From Candidatus Sumerlaeaceae bacterium (GTDB lineage Bacteria; Sumerlaeota; Sumerlaeia; Sumerlaeales; Sumerlaeaceae), in contig JBPCLP010000013.1 of assembly GCA_051003195.1 (NCBI GenBank), forward strand, positions 1 to 64,000: a stretch of 64,000 nucleotides of DNA, given 5' to 3'. Numbering within the stretch: the stretch's first letter is position 1; each line of letters begins with the position of its first letter. Shown piece after piece: positions 48,563 to 58,772 of the stretch. The position numbers and the translations under genes were made by a program. The notes below the pieces were generated by a model that did no database searches, was not told where the DNA came from, and was given only the letters and a program-made list of their open reading frames with translations.

Positions 48563-49597
48563 ATGGCACTTAAGCTGAAATCCGACCTTGCGCCGATGGA
48601 ATCGAAATCGGTTCGCGAAATTCCGACGGGCGATAACTGGTTGTACGAGCCGAAGTGGGACGGCTTTCGATGCCTCGCTTTCCGCGACGGCAGGACCTTG
48701 CAACTGCAGAGCAAGGCCGGTCAGCCCCTGGCGCGTTATTTTCCCGAGGTCGTCACTGCGCTGCTGGCACTAAAGGCAAAGCAGTTCGTGCTCGATGGAG
48801 AAATTGTAGTCCCGGAGGGAAGCGGCCTTTCGTTCAACAAGCTGCTGCAACGGCTCCACCCTGCCGCGAGCCGGGTTAATAAACTTTCGGTGCAAACGCC
48901 GGCGCTCTTGATCGTGTTCGATCTACTGGCTGGCGCGGATGGGAAATCGCTGCTGAACAAACCTCTGCAGGAGCGGCGAGAATTGCTGGAAGATTTCGCG
49001 AAGAAATATTTCGCAACGGAGCATGGGGTGCGACTCTCGCCCGCGACGAGGGAGTATAAACAGGCGCAGAAGTGGTTTGGGGCCGCGGGTGCCGCGCTGG
49101 ATGGCATCATGGCAAAGCGCCTTGACGAGCCGTATCATTCCGGCGATCGCGAAGGCATGGTGAAGGTTAAACCCGTGCGCACCGCAGAATGTGTGGTTGG
49201 CGGGTTCCGCTATGCCTCTGGCCAAAAAGTTATAGGCTCGCTTTTGCTTGGACTTTATGACGAGTCGGGGTTGCTCCACCACATTGGCTTCTGTAGCGCA
49301 TTGAAGGCCCCCATGCGGAAGGAGCTGACGCCCAAACTGGAAAACCTTATTAAGGCGCCCGGCTTTACCGGCTCCGCACCGGGGGGCCCCAGTCGATGGG
49401 CAACCGAACGAAGCGGTGAGTGGCAGCCCCTGGATCCGAAACTCGTGGTCGAAGTGGATTGGGACCATTTTACCAATGGACGGTTTCGACACGGTACGAA
49501 GTTCGTGCGGTTCCGGCCGGATAAATCGCCAAAAAAATGCACCATGGAGCAGGTGCAACTGGATAGCACCGGCGCTACGGAGTTGCTAAATAGATAA
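48563..49597 (+). CDS. ATP-dependent DNA ligase, LigC-like
   Basis: YEPKWDGFR, LDGEIV, FDLL, DGIMAK, KVK, LLLGLY, RFRHG. Confidence 0.93.
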   Translation: MALKLKSDLAPMESKSVREIPTGDNWLYEPKWDGFRCLAFRDGRTLQLQSKAGQPLARYFPEVVTALLALKAKQFVLDGEIVVPEGSGLSFNKLLQRLHPAASRVNKLSVQTPALLIVFDLLAGADGKSLLNKPLQERRELLEDFAKKYFATEHGVRLSPATREYKQAQKWFGAAGAALDGIMAKRLDEPYHSGDREGMVKVKPVRTAECVVGGFRYASGQKVIGSLLLGLYDESGLLHHIGFCSALKAPMRKELTPKLENLIKAPGFTGSAPGGPSRWATERSGEWQPLDPKLVVEVDWDHFTNGRFRHGTKFVRFRPDKSPKKCTMEQVQLDSTGATELLNR

Positions 49598-49605
49598 CCG
49601 TTAAC

Positions 49606-50628
49606 TCAAATTGCTCGCAAGTTCGCAAGCAGATCGCGGGGAAGTTTCTGCTTCATCTTCAGCACAGGTTCAAAAAGATCTCCGTGCTTATCGAAACGCT
49701 TGACCACCTCTGGCGCCGTGAAGCGTAGCCGGTTTGGATCGCCTGCCTTCAGAGCTGCCTCGACTTCGTGCCAGGTAACCGGGGTGGAAACTGTCGGCGT
49801 CTCTCGCGCACGCAAGCTGTAAACGCACACCGTTGTTTTGTGATCGTCGTTCTGGCTCCAGTCGATAAAGACCTTATTGGAGCGAAGACTCTTCTTCATT
49901 ACGGACGTGATCAGGGTTGGGTGCTCGCGTTCCATAAGTTGAGCGATGGCCCGCGCGAGCCCTTTCGTGTGGTCGTACGTAACGCCGGGGGTGTTAAGCG
50001 GCACATAGACCTGTAATCCCTTGGAACCCGAAGTCTTCGGGAAACAGTCCAGCCCGAGCGAGCCAAACATCTCACGCAGCCACAATCCGACCTGGCAGCA
50101 CTGCACAATATCGGCCGGCGGCCCCGGGTCCAGGTCGAATGCCAGCAGCGTGGGTCGCAAAACATCATTCGCCTTTGAGAGACTGGTGTGCAGTTCCAGC
50201 GTTCCAAGGTTCGCCGCCCAGATGAGCGTCGGAAGATCGTTTGCCAGGCAAAAATCGATGGTAGAGTTGGTTCCCTCACTCCAAACCGGAGCTGTTTTAA
50301 CCCAGTCAGGCCGATAGAACGGGCACCGCTTCTCGTAAAAGAACTCGCCCGTAACGCCTTCGGGATAGCGTTTGAGCGTTAGCGGCCGGTCCTTTAGATG
50401 CGGCAGCAGCGCTGATCCAATCTTTACGTAATAATCGAGAACCTGACCTTTGGTGAAACCAGCCTGCGGATAGTAAACCTTTTCAACACGAGAGACTGGG
50501 AGCGAACGCCGCCCAAGTTTGAGAATCGCTGTTGTTTTAGCTGTTTTGCTGCGGCTTTTACCGGGGGTTCGGGTACTGGCACCGCGCGAGGGGCTGGCCT
50601 GCGACGCCGCTCGCGAAGCTGTGCTCAT
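49606..50628 (-). CDS. stand-alone LigD-type primase-polymerase domain protein
   Basis: LTLKRYPEG..FFYEK, FDLDPG, KTSGSKGLQVY, VFIDWSQN, YSLRAR; no ligase domain. Confidence 0.92.
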   Translation of the reverse strand: MSTASRAASQASPSRGASTRTPGKSRSKTAKTTAILKLGRRSLPVSRVEKVYYPQAGFTKGQVLDYYVKIGSALLPHLKDRPLTLKRYPEGVTGEFFYEKRCPFYRPDWVKTAPVWSEGTNSTIDFCLANDLPTLIWAANLGTLELHTSLSKANDVLRPTLLAFDLDPGPPADIVQCCQVGLWLREMFGSLGLDCFPKTSGSKGLQVYVPLNTPGVTYDHTKGLARAIAQLMEREHPTLITSVMKKSLRSNKVFIDWSQNDDHKTTVCVYSLRARETPTVSTPVTWHEVEAALKAGDPNRLRFTAPEVVKRFDKHGDLFEPVLKMKQKLPRDLLANLRAI

Positions 50629-51503
50629 GCCGCAGTTCTCTTACGCGTTGCGTGGTGCTTCGCCGCACGAGATGTACGTTTGCCGGATTTTGCGGTCGCA
50701 CGTTTCGGAGTCGCGGTAGTGCTGCCTTTTTTGGTCGCATTCAAACTGGCCTGGAGAGCGCTAACCAGGTCAACGATCTTGGCTGTTTCACGATGCGCCT
50801 TCGGCGGCGTCCACTTCTCACCTTCCGCCTTTGCGTCAATCAGTGCCAGCAGTTTCTCGCGATACTCGTCGTGATACTTCTCCGGCTGGAAGTCATCGGA
50901 CAGGGACTCGATGAGCCGGGTCGCCATGTCGAGTTCCCGCTTATCGGGTGATGCACGATCGGGAACTCCCTCCAACGTATCCTTGGATACCACTTCATCG
51001 GCATAATAAAGGGTCGAGAGAGTCATGACATTCTCAGTGCTGCGGAGCAGAACCAGTTGCTGCTTCTGGCGCAGAACTACGCGTGCCACCGCTGCCTTAT
51101 CCTTTTCTTCCATGGCAGCAAGCAGAAGTGCATAAGCTCGTGCAGCGTTCTTGTCGGGTACTACGTAATAGGAGTTCTCGAAGTAAACGGGATCGACCTG
51201 CTCCATCTCCACGAAGTTTTCAATGGTGATGGTGTGGGGCTCGGCCTTCTCGAGTGCGTCGAGCTCCTCGGGCTTGATGATCACGAAATGATCGGGTGAA
51301 ACTTCGAAGCCTTTCACCACGTGCTCGCGAGAGACCTCTTTTCCGTCCCGCGCGCAGACACGCTTCTGCTTCAGCGGCGACATGTCGGCATCGTGTAATT
51401 CCCGAAAACGTATGTCCTTGCCCGAGGCCGCCTTGTACATGCGTACCGGGATGTGGATTAAACCAAAGTTAATTGCGCCCTTCCAAAGTGCACGCGGTGC
51501 CAT
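50625..51503 (-). CDS. ku: non-homologous end joining protein Ku
   Basis: RALWKGAINFGLIHIPV, VKGFE, YYVVP, FQPEKYHDEY, VDLVSALQASL, basic tail. Confidence 0.96.
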   Translation of the reverse strand: MAPRALWKGAINFGLIHIPVRMYKAASGKDIRFRELHDADMSPLKQKRVCARDGKEVSREHVVKGFEVSPDHFVIIKPEELDALEKAEPHTITIENFVEMEQVDPVYFENSYYVVPDKNAARAYALLLAAMEEKDKAAVARVVLRQKQQLVLLRSTENVMTLSTLYYADEVVSKDTLEGVPDRASPDKRELDMATRLIESLSDDFQPEKYHDEYREKLLALIDAKAEGEKWTPPKAHRETAKIVDLVSALQASLNATKKGSTTATPKRATAKSGKRTSRAAKHHATRKRTAA

Positions 51504-51622
51504 TGCCGTAACTCCTGACCACTCATATAGCCGTGGAAGGCGAAAAGCGCGCCGCGGAACTCCAGTCGCCCGAGCATTGCGCCGAGTCTGTTTTCGCTAC
51601 CACTAGCTGACCCCATAGTACG

Positions 51623-51637
51623 GCAACCACTGTGCCA
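51623..51637 (-). promoter_or_regulatory. sigma-54-type -24/-12 promoter
   Basis: Minus strand TGGCAC-AGTGG-TTGC, about 120 bp upstream of ku. Confidence 0.7.
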
Positions 51638-51775
51638 ATGTTTATGCAATTTCTTCACAAAGCAGAAGTTATCCGCCGAAGGCTAAAGTGTTGGTTTAAG
51701 ATACCAGGAGGCAATTTATCACGAGCTACGGAGTGGCACCGAAGGCCATACGCTCTACTTGTTAGTGGAGAAGAG

Positions 51776-52735
51776 CTACTCAGCTGCGGCTAAAGCGACT
51801 TCTCTGTGCTCGTTGTCTTCACTGCGCCTGCCTGTGCGCGAGTAGGTATTTGTCGGTGGCAATTCGCAGGCGGCGCCTTGGTTTGCACGACGTCCCGTCA
51901 TATAGAACAGCAGCGCCGACAGGGCAGATTTCATTTCCTTACGCTCACATACCATATCGAGGAAACCGTGCTCGAGAACAAACTCACTGCGTTGGAAGCC
52001 TTTAGGCAGGATCTGTTTGATAGTGCTCTGAATGACCCGCGCCCCCGCAAAACCGATGTACGCGTCCGGCTCCGCTAGGATGATATCGCCCAGGCTGGCA
52101 TAGCTCGCCATAACACCTGCGGTGCTCGGATTTGTCAGGATGCTGATGAACGGAATTCTTTTCGCCGCCAGGCGACTTAGTGCGCCACTGGTTTTTGCCA
52201 TCTGCATCAGCGACAGGATGCCTTCCTGCATACGCGCGCCGCCGGTGGCCGTCACGATAACAATGGGAAGGTTGTGTTCTGTCGAATGCTCGATGAGCCG
52301 AGTTATACGCTCTCCAACCACCGAGCCCATTGAACCACCAATAAAGTCGAAAGCCATTACCGCCAAGGCGATGTTCTGTCCCGAAAGCTTCGCGGTACCG
52401 GTAACGACCGCCTCGTCATAGCCGCACTTGGCTTGTGCAACCTCGAGCCGCTTACCGTATTCCTTGGAATCCACGAAGTTCAGTGCATCAGTTGGCTGGA
52501 TATTGTTAAACATTTCGCGAAACGAATTTGTATCCGTTAGAAGTTCGATGCGCTCGCGGGCGGAAATGCGGTGATGATGGTTGCACTTCTTGCAGACTTT
52601 AAGGTTTTCCTCAAAGTCTTTTGTGACCATCATTTCGAAGCAGTTATCGCATTTGGTCCAAAGGCCCTCGGGAATACGGTCGCGCATAACGGGCGTCTGA
52701 AGGGTTGAATACTTCTCTTTTTTGAACCATGCCAT
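51776..52735 (-). CDS. accD: acetyl-CoA carboxylase carboxyltransferase beta subunit
   Basis: GLWTKCDNC..VCKKC, FIGGSMGSVVGE, GGARMQEG, IGFAGARVI. Confidence 0.96.
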   Translation of the reverse strand: MAWFKKEKYSTLQTPVMRDRIPEGLWTKCDNCFEMMVTKDFEENLKVCKKCNHHHRISARERIELLTDTNSFREMFNNIQPTDALNFVDSKEYGKRLEVAQAKCGYDEAVVTGTAKLSGQNIALAVMAFDFIGGSMGSVVGERITRLIEHSTEHNLPIVIVTATGGARMQEGILSLMQMAKTSGALSRLAAKRIPFISILTNPSTAGVMASYASLGDIILAEPDAYIGFAGARVIQSTIKQILPKGFQRSEFVLEHGFLDMVCERKEMKSALSALLFYMTGRRANQGAACELPPTNTYSRTGRRSEDNEHREVALAAAE

Positions 52736-52896
52736 CGTTCGCAAGCTCCCAGCCGGATGAGCCGCTTGAGGCTTCCATGCGGCACAATTAGGTTATTTGG
52801 TTCAAACCCACGTATTATTCAGAGATGCTTAGAGGTCAGTCGCAATGGTTTTCTTGGCTTGCGACGTGAAAACCTTTGGGCTGAAATGCGGTTGAG

Positions 52897-54774
52897 ATGA
52901 ATCATTCATCAGCTAGAATGAAGTGCAGACCGCTGATTTACCTAGCGATGGCTGTGGTTACACTTGCGGTCTGGAGTTACGCGTTTGTGCCGCTGCGGGC
53001 ATCGCAGGATGAATGGTGGCACCTCAAAACAGGCAAGTGGATATGGGAGAATCAGTCTCTTTCGCGCAACGATATCTTCACCTATACGGGAGAGAACTAC
53101 CGCTGGTTCAACCATGAGTGGCTGAGCCAGCTTATACTGTATGGCTTCTACTCGCTGGGCGAAGTAGTCGGTATTGGGCCGGTTCGTGGACTCATCCTCT
53201 TTAAGTCGGTGATTGTCACGGCATGTTTCGGGCTGATTGCGTGGCTGATCCGCCTTCGCGGTGCCTCCTGGCCGGCAGTGCTTTTAATGACGTTCGCGGC
53301 CGCGGAGATATCACGGCGAACCATCTACCCGCGCCCGCCCATTTTCTCGTATTTGCTGCTGGCGATCTTTCTGCTGACTTTGTTCCACTGGAAACTTGGT
53401 CGATTGCGAACGCGATGGCTTTGGTTGCTACCGCCGTTGACCGTGATCTGGGGAAACCTGCACGGAATGGTGCTGCTTGCGATTGTCGCAGTTGGCGCAT
53501 TTGCGGCAGGAGAAATTCTGGAGAACACTGCCGCCGTCTTTCGAAGCAAAACGCGATCGCCGACCGATGCAGGACCGACATCGCTGACTGTTTCGTTTCG
53601 ATCCATCTTCACACCTCGCGCGAATCATCTCTGGCTTCTGCTCGCGGTCACGGTTGTGGCGGCCATGGCACAGCCGAGCGGCTACCACATCTTCTTCCTC
53701 GGCCGAAATTTCACTGCGGATCCGCTCCTCCAGCAGGAGATCCTCGAGATGAAACCGCCGCCATTCTTCCTGCAGGCAGGCCAGTCGGCACAGCTGGTAT
53801 TCGTGCCCGGCTTCGCTGCGTTCTGGTTCGCAGCGGCGATTCTTATCCCGCTGCTCGTTTTCAGCCGGGGGCGGCTGCCATTTGGCGCCGATTACCTGCT
53901 TACCGGATTTTTCCTGTACCAGGCAGCAATGCACTGGCGCCTGCTCCCGCTGTTCGCCATCGGTGCGGCAGGCACATTTGGCGCATTGCTTGCCGGGATA
54001 ACAACGCGGATTTCAGCAAAGATTCGCCGGCTGGCTGCCGGCGGCGCGATGGCTTTGTCTGTAACCCTGCCGATCTACTTCGTGTTTTTCGTCGACGAGA
54101 ATGGAACGTTTTTTCAGCGGAACATGGCGCTACTGCAGGGCGATGTGATGAGCCTGGATGATTACCCGGCCCCGCTACTCGATTTCATACTCGCTGCCGA
54201 CCTGCCGGATCGAATGTTCTCCGAAAGCAATTACTGCGGCTACTATATGTGGCGTCTGAGCCCTGAACGGCACAAGCTGTTTACGGACAACCGGTTCGAC
54301 CTGTTCGGCAGCCGCTTTCGGCTGGAAGAAAAGATAATCCTGGCGGCCGGCATCAAGGGAGACCGATTCTCACGAGGTGGAAAGCCGTTTGAACTCGGGT
54401 GGCAGGAGCTCCTCGATAAATACGGCGTTAATTTCGTGGTCGTCCATCGGGAGCGACAGCCTGGCTACCACCTGCCAGAGGCGCTCATCCTTTCTGGTGA
54501 GTGGAAGCACGTCTATTACTATGTGCCACCAGACGCGCTGGCGAGAAGCCGGGGCCGGCTGAATCCGCAGGCTGGTATCAGCGTCTGGGTACGCGATGAA
54601 CCGCGATTTGCATATGTTCACGAACGGGCTCTGGCATATTTCAAAAGCGAACACCCCACTTATCCCTTGCCCGAACATCTCGACAAAATGCTTCTGGACG
54701 ATTTGGGTCTCAAAGACCCGAGCACTACATCATCACGCAGTTCCGCAAACTGGCGCGTACCGATAGGGAGATAA
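52897..54774 (+). CDS. multi-pass membrane protein, probable GT-C fold
   Basis: QDEWWHLKTGKWI, WFNHEWL, PRP, WGNLHG, FTDNRFDLF. Confidence 0.7.
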   Translation: MNHSSARMKCRPLIYLAMAVVTLAVWSYAFVPLRASQDEWWHLKTGKWIWENQSLSRNDIFTYTGENYRWFNHEWLSQLILYGFYSLGEVVGIGPVRGLILFKSVIVTACFGLIAWLIRLRGASWPAVLLMTFAAAEISRRTIYPRPPIFSYLLLAIFLLTLFHWKLGRLRTRWLWLLPPLTVIWGNLHGMVLLAIVAVGAFAAGEILENTAAVFRSKTRSPTDAGPTSLTVSFRSIFTPRANHLWLLLAVTVVAAMAQPSGYHIFFLGRNFTADPLLQQEILEMKPPPFFLQAGQSAQLVFVPGFAAFWFAAAILIPLLVFSRGRLPFGADYLLTGFFLYQAAMHWRLLPLFAIGAAGTFGALLAGITTRISAKIRRLAAGGAMALSVTLPIYFVFFVDENGTFFQRNMALLQGDVMSLDDYPAPLLDFILAADLPDRMFSESNYCGYYMWRLSPERHKLFTDNRFDLFGSRFRLEEKIILAAGIKGDRFSRGGKPFELGWQELLDKYGVNFVVVHRERQPGYHLPEALILSGEWKHVYYYVPPDALARSRGRLNPQAGISVWVRDEPRFAYVHERALAYFKSEHPTYPLPEHLDKMLLDDLGLKDPSTTSSRSSANWRVPIGR

Positions 54775-56033
54775 TGGCAGATCTTCAACTGAACAAGCCG
54801 CTGTATAAATCGACTGGCTCCGGCGCTGCTGCCGAGCGGACCATTTTGCCGCGTGCACCCCGCGCGTCCATTATGGCTCGGACCGGGGCAGTTCTGTTGG
54901 ATATCATTTTCCTGCATTTTGCCTACCTGCTTCTGATAAAGCTCGCACCGGGGGCGACAGTGCGCCTTGGCAGCGCAGGCGAGTGGTTTGGTCTGGCCGG
55001 TGCATGGTTGTATTTCTCATTCTGCGGAAGTCATCTCACGTGGGGACGCACGTTGGGAAAGCTGGTGATGCGTGTCCAGGTAAGTGACGTAACCGGCCCC
55101 GAGCTTCCGTTAGGGCGTGCGGCGCTGCGCGCCGCGCTGTTGCTATGTGGCTGTGTGTTCCCTATCGCGATGACGCAGTACGCTACCCGCCTCCAGGCCG
55201 AAACAGACCTGAATCCTCTTCCCACTTACTTACGCCAGCTCGGCTGGGCGTTGAATTGGGGATGGCTGTTTGGCAACCTTGTGTTCAGCGCCTACGAGCC
55301 ATTCGGACGCTCGCTCATCGATCGCATTGTCGGGTCAGCGGTAAATGCTACAGACGCCGAGCCTGCGACGCTGCAGGAATACTTCGCCGATGTGCGTGGA
55401 TCTGCCGGGCTCCCCGCGCCGCACAAGTCATGGTTCGCTTTTGCATCGGCACTTGGCGTGCTCCTTACGATCGTCACCACCTTGTATATTGTGGGCGTGG
55501 ATGCCGTGAAGAAGGTGGGCGATGACAAACGCGCCGAAGCAAAACGTTACCGTGAAGCGCTTTCGCAGAAAGACTTTAGTCAGCCGATTGCCGGCGGGCA
55601 ACTCGAGAATAGCGCGGAAAGCGATCGCAAAACTACCGAGCCGCAACTGATGTCTGCGCTTCTTACCTACGAGCATATTGGGCCGATTGATGTGGAAGAG
55701 TTAAAACGTGACCCGCGCATCACCGGCTCCCTCGACAGAATCGTCGCTTTCCAGCAGTCCGAACCTAGCTTCCGTGGATGGTTCGCAGATCTGTTTAATA
55801 GGATGAACAAGCAACGTTTTGAAAAGGGGGAGGCCACCACGACGGTTCCAAAACAAATGCGACTGGAAGTTAGTTTCGCGGAAAAGGCCGACCTGTTTTT
55901 TGCATCCGAGGCGATGCCGAAATACTCGATCAGCAAAGTGATGGATCTGGATCCGGGCGATGTTGCCTCGTCGCGACCACTCAGCGTGCGAGAGCAGGTA
56001 GCAGCAGATCGGAAAACGACTGGAACGCGCTAG
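54774..56033 (+). CDS. RDD family membrane protein with soluble C-terminal domain
   Basis: RTGAVLLD, GRTLGKLVMRVQV, RAALR, GRSLIDRI. Confidence 0.8.
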   Translation: MADLQLNKPLYKSTGSGAAAERTILPRAPRASIMARTGAVLLDIIFLHFAYLLLIKLAPGATVRLGSAGEWFGLAGAWLYFSFCGSHLTWGRTLGKLVMRVQVSDVTGPELPLGRAALRAALLLCGCVFPIAMTQYATRLQAETDLNPLPTYLRQLGWALNWGWLFGNLVFSAYEPFGRSLIDRIVGSAVNATDAEPATLQEYFADVRGSAGLPAPHKSWFAFASALGVLLTIVTTLYIVGVDAVKKVGDDKRAEAKRYREALSQKDFSQPIAGGQLENSAESDRKTTEPQLMSALLTYEHIGPIDVEELKRDPRITGSLDRIVAFQQSEPSFRGWFADLFNRMNKQRFEKGEATTTVPKQMRLEVSFAEKADLFFASEAMPKYSISKVMDLDPGDVASSRPLSVREQVAADRKTTGTR

Positions 56034-56056
56034 ATAATTAATGGGCGCTGTAAATT

Positions 56057-56072
56057 TGGCACGTACGTTGCA
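56057..56072 (+). promoter_or_regulatory. sigma-54-type -24/-12 promoter
   Basis: TGGCAC-GTACG-TTGCA, a full consensus match 35 bp before the ATG at 56107. Confidence 0.75.
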
Positions 56073-56106
56073 CCTTTCGCCTGCAACTCAGTCAAAGGAG
56101 ACTACA

Positions 56107-56595
56107 ATGGCAGATCGTAACCCCGATCCAATTACTGGCGCCCCCGGTTCGCATCCGGTAGGCACAGGCGCAGGTGCAGCAGGAGGCGCAGCAGCCGGAG
56201 CCGCTCTCGGTGCAGTGGGTGGACCGCTAGGTGTGGTAGCCGGTGCAGCTATCGGCGGCGTGGCCGGCGGCCTGGTTGGCAAAGGCGCAGCCGAAGCAAT
56301 CGACCCCACCGTAGAAGACGCATACTGGCGCGAGAACCACAAGACTGCATCCTACTACGATCGCAATCTTAGCTATGACGACGATTATGCACCAGCATAT
56401 CGCTATGGATACGAATCCCGCCGCACCAATGCGGGCAAGAAATTCGACGATGTAGAAGGCGATCTCGGGCGTGGCTGGGATCGTGCAAAAGGCAATTCGC
56501 AGCTGGGCTGGGATAAAGCCAAAATGGCGAGTCGCGACGCGTGGCACCGTGTGGAACGCGCCCTACCCGGCGATGCAGACGGCGACGGCAGATAG
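56107..56595 (+). CDS. glycine-zipper-containing hypothetical protein
   Basis: AAGGAG RBS; DPITGAPGSHPVGTG, Gly/Ala zipper, DPTVEDAYWRE, YAPAYRYG. Confidence 0.85.
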   Translation: MADRNPDPITGAPGSHPVGTGAGAAGGAAAGAALGAVGGPLGVVAGAAIGGVAGGLVGKGAAEAIDPTVEDAYWRENHKTASYYDRNLSYDDDYAPAYRYGYESRRTNAGKKFDDVEGDLGRGWDRAKGNSQLGWDKAKMASRDAWHRVERALPGDADGDGR

Positions 56596-56622
56596 TTAAA
56601 CCAAGAAGCAGTTTGGGTAATT

Positions 56623-56647
56623 GGGCCGGCGATCCGTCGCCGGCCCT
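56623..56647. terminator. hairpin between convergent genes
   Basis: GGGCCGGCGA/TCGCCGGCCC stem, weak T-tails. Confidence 0.55.
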
Positions 56648-56665
56648 TGTCTGCTCTATGCTCGT

Positions 56666-58027
56666 TCAGGACCCGGGCACCAGGTTTGACGCCACGTCGG
56701 TCGAGTACGCTTTAATCGCGGGAAGAATTCCAGCCAGTGCACCCACGATGATTATGCCGAGCGGGGCAGCCCACAGCGCCTGGTTGAATTGCATGAGATC
56801 GATGACAACACCGGTCCTGGCTCGAACCACGGCAGCGGTGGCGCCGAGGATAATAGCATAAACTGCAAAGCCGAACAGTGCCCCAAGCGCGGCGATCGAA
56901 GCGGACTCTGCTACAATCGCACTGAAGACGGTAGTACGCCGCGCGCCAAGTGCGCGCAGGATCGCAAACTCGCGTCTTCGTTCGCTAATGGTGTTGTAGA
57001 TGCTTGCCAGTATCGACGCAGCCGCTACTGCGACTACGAGATACGAGACCATTTCCAGGATTCGATTCACCCAGCCAAGCTTGTCGAACAACTCAGCCAT
57101 GACTCGAGCGATTGGGTGTGCCAGAGTTGCGACAGTGCCCTGCTTATTCACCGTCTGTTCCATTGCAAAGCCTGCCTGCGGGCTTCGAAATTTAAGCATG
57201 ACGGCACTGATCTCTTTATACTGATCCGGGATTTCTTCACCCGACTTTGCGACGTACGGCTGGGTTGCCGTTTGCGTGGTAAGCGCACCCCCGCCCCTGA
57301 GAACGTGTCCTTCCATTCGGAATATGCCTTCCACGGGAATCCAGATCACGCGGTCCGACGGGCTGTTTGTCGGCTTCAAAATTCCGGTTACCACGTATTC
57401 GTCGGCATGCATATCCGTCGAATCCGCGGATATGCCGTGGAACGGGTTTAACTTACTTCCAACTCGCAGCCCCGACTGCCGCGCTGCGAAATCGCCGACC
57501 ACCGCCTCACGATGATTCGGGTCAAACGGGCGTCCACCCGGGTACATCTCAAACTTCCGGCCCTTTTGGTACTCAAACTTTGTAAACATTTCCTCAGTGG
57601 TGCCGACGATTCTAAATCCTTTATAATTGTCTCCCACTGCATAGGGAACCGCTAAGGCGACCCGCGGGTCTTTTTTCACTGCGGTATAGAGCGACCACGG
57701 TATGTTTCCAGGCGATGTCTCGAGGTGGAAAACCGAATTCAGAACCAGCTGCAATTGGCTCCCGCGTGCGCCGAGTACCGCGTCAAAGCCGATTGGGCCG
57801 CCCGTGAATGCCGCTCGTGTTTGCGCATTGATTACAAACACAGACATCACAAGCCCCGCAGCGAGCGCAACAGACAGAACGGTAATAATCGTGGAAAGCA
57901 AGTGCTGACGCAAGCTCCGCCGGACCATCAACCCAATGCCGAGAATTGCCCCTCCTGAAAGATGCCCTGGCATTCCGGACTCAGGTGGCAGAGTTGCTAT
58001 TTCGGAACGTGAAACGGTCGCGCTCAT
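56666..58027 (-). CDS. ABC transporter permease (MacB/FtsX family)
   Basis: GARGSQLQLVLNSVFH, GDNYKGFRIVGT, ERRREFAILRALGA. Confidence 0.92.
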   Translation of the reverse strand: MSATVSRSEIATLPPESGMPGHLSGGAILGIGLMVRRSLRQHLLSTIITVLSVALAAGLVMSVFVINAQTRAAFTGGPIGFDAVLGARGSQLQLVLNSVFHLETSPGNIPWSLYTAVKKDPRVALAVPYAVGDNYKGFRIVGTTEEMFTKFEYQKGRKFEMYPGGRPFDPNHREAVVGDFAARQSGLRVGSKLNPFHGISADSTDMHADEYVVTGILKPTNSPSDRVIWIPVEGIFRMEGHVLRGGGALTTQTATQPYVAKSGEEIPDQYKEISAVMLKFRSPQAGFAMEQTVNKQGTVATLAHPIARVMAELFDKLGWVNRILEMVSYLVVAVAAASILASIYNTISERRREFAILRALGARRTTVFSAIVAESASIAALGALFGFAVYAIILGATAAVVRARTGVVIDLMQFNQALWAAPLGIIIVGALAGILPAIKAYSTDVASNLVPGS

Positions 58028-58716
58028 CGTGTTGCCACCTGCGTCGAGACTGTAGCAGCCCGGTTGATTTGGCTGAGGTGCTGCACGTTTTCGAAATGGC
58101 CTAGGATTTCCTCATCGTGACTCACCAGCAGTAGCGCGGCGCCACTTTCTCTGCATATTTCGCGTATGAGGGCCAGCGCATCCATCGCGCGTGCGCGGTC
58201 AAGATTGCCGGTTGGCTCATCCGCAAGCACAAGCCGTGGGTGATTCGCAAGTGCGCGTGCCACGGCGACTCGCTGTTGCTGGCCAACGCTCAATTGCCGC
58301 GGCCGATAGTGCATACGGTCCGCCAGGCCGACACGCTCGAGCAGGGCACGGGCATATCCATAATCTGCGCCCCGGCCAAACATCATTCCAAGCGCCACAT
58401 TCTCCAGCGCCGTGTAGCCCTGCAGCAAGTTGAAGGTCTGGAATACATAGCCGAGTTGCTGCGCACGCAGACGATCACGCGCGGATTCGCCCAATGCGGT
58501 CATCTCTTGCCCCGCCAGCACAATGCGGCCGCTGTCGGCCTGCAGAATACCAGCGATCAGGTTCAAAAAAGTAGTTTTACCGGAACCGCTGCTGCCTTGC
58601 AGGGCCACATGTGCACCATTATCCATGGTGAATGAGGCTATATCCACGACGGTCGACGTGCTTCCGTCGGGTGCACGGTAGCTTTTGCGCAATGCTTCTA
58701 TTTCAAGGATAGCCAT
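58024..58716 (-). CDS. ABC transporter ATP-binding protein (LolD-like)
   Basis: GSSGSGKT, LSVGQQQRVA, LADEPTGNLD, SHD. Confidence 0.94.
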   Translation of the reverse strand: MAILEIEALRKSYRAPDGSTSTVVDIASFTMDNGAHVALQGSSGSGKTTFLNLIAGILQADSGRIVLAGQEMTALGESARDRLRAQQLGYVFQTFNLLQGYTALENVALGMMFGRGADYGYARALLERVGLADRMHYRPRQLSVGQQQRVAVARALANHPRLVLADEPTGNLDRARAMDALALIREICRESGAALLLVSHDEEILGHFENVQHLSQINRAATVSTQVATR

Positions 58717-58772
58717 AAACCCAGTGTGCAAACGCTGCAGAGGCGAATCAACAAAGATAAAACACCAACGTT

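Noticed and set aside
53223..54161. 312-aa alternate-frame ORF
   Set aside because: Nested in the membrane protein gene; Arg/Ala/Pro-rich composition typical of off-frame GC-rich DNA.
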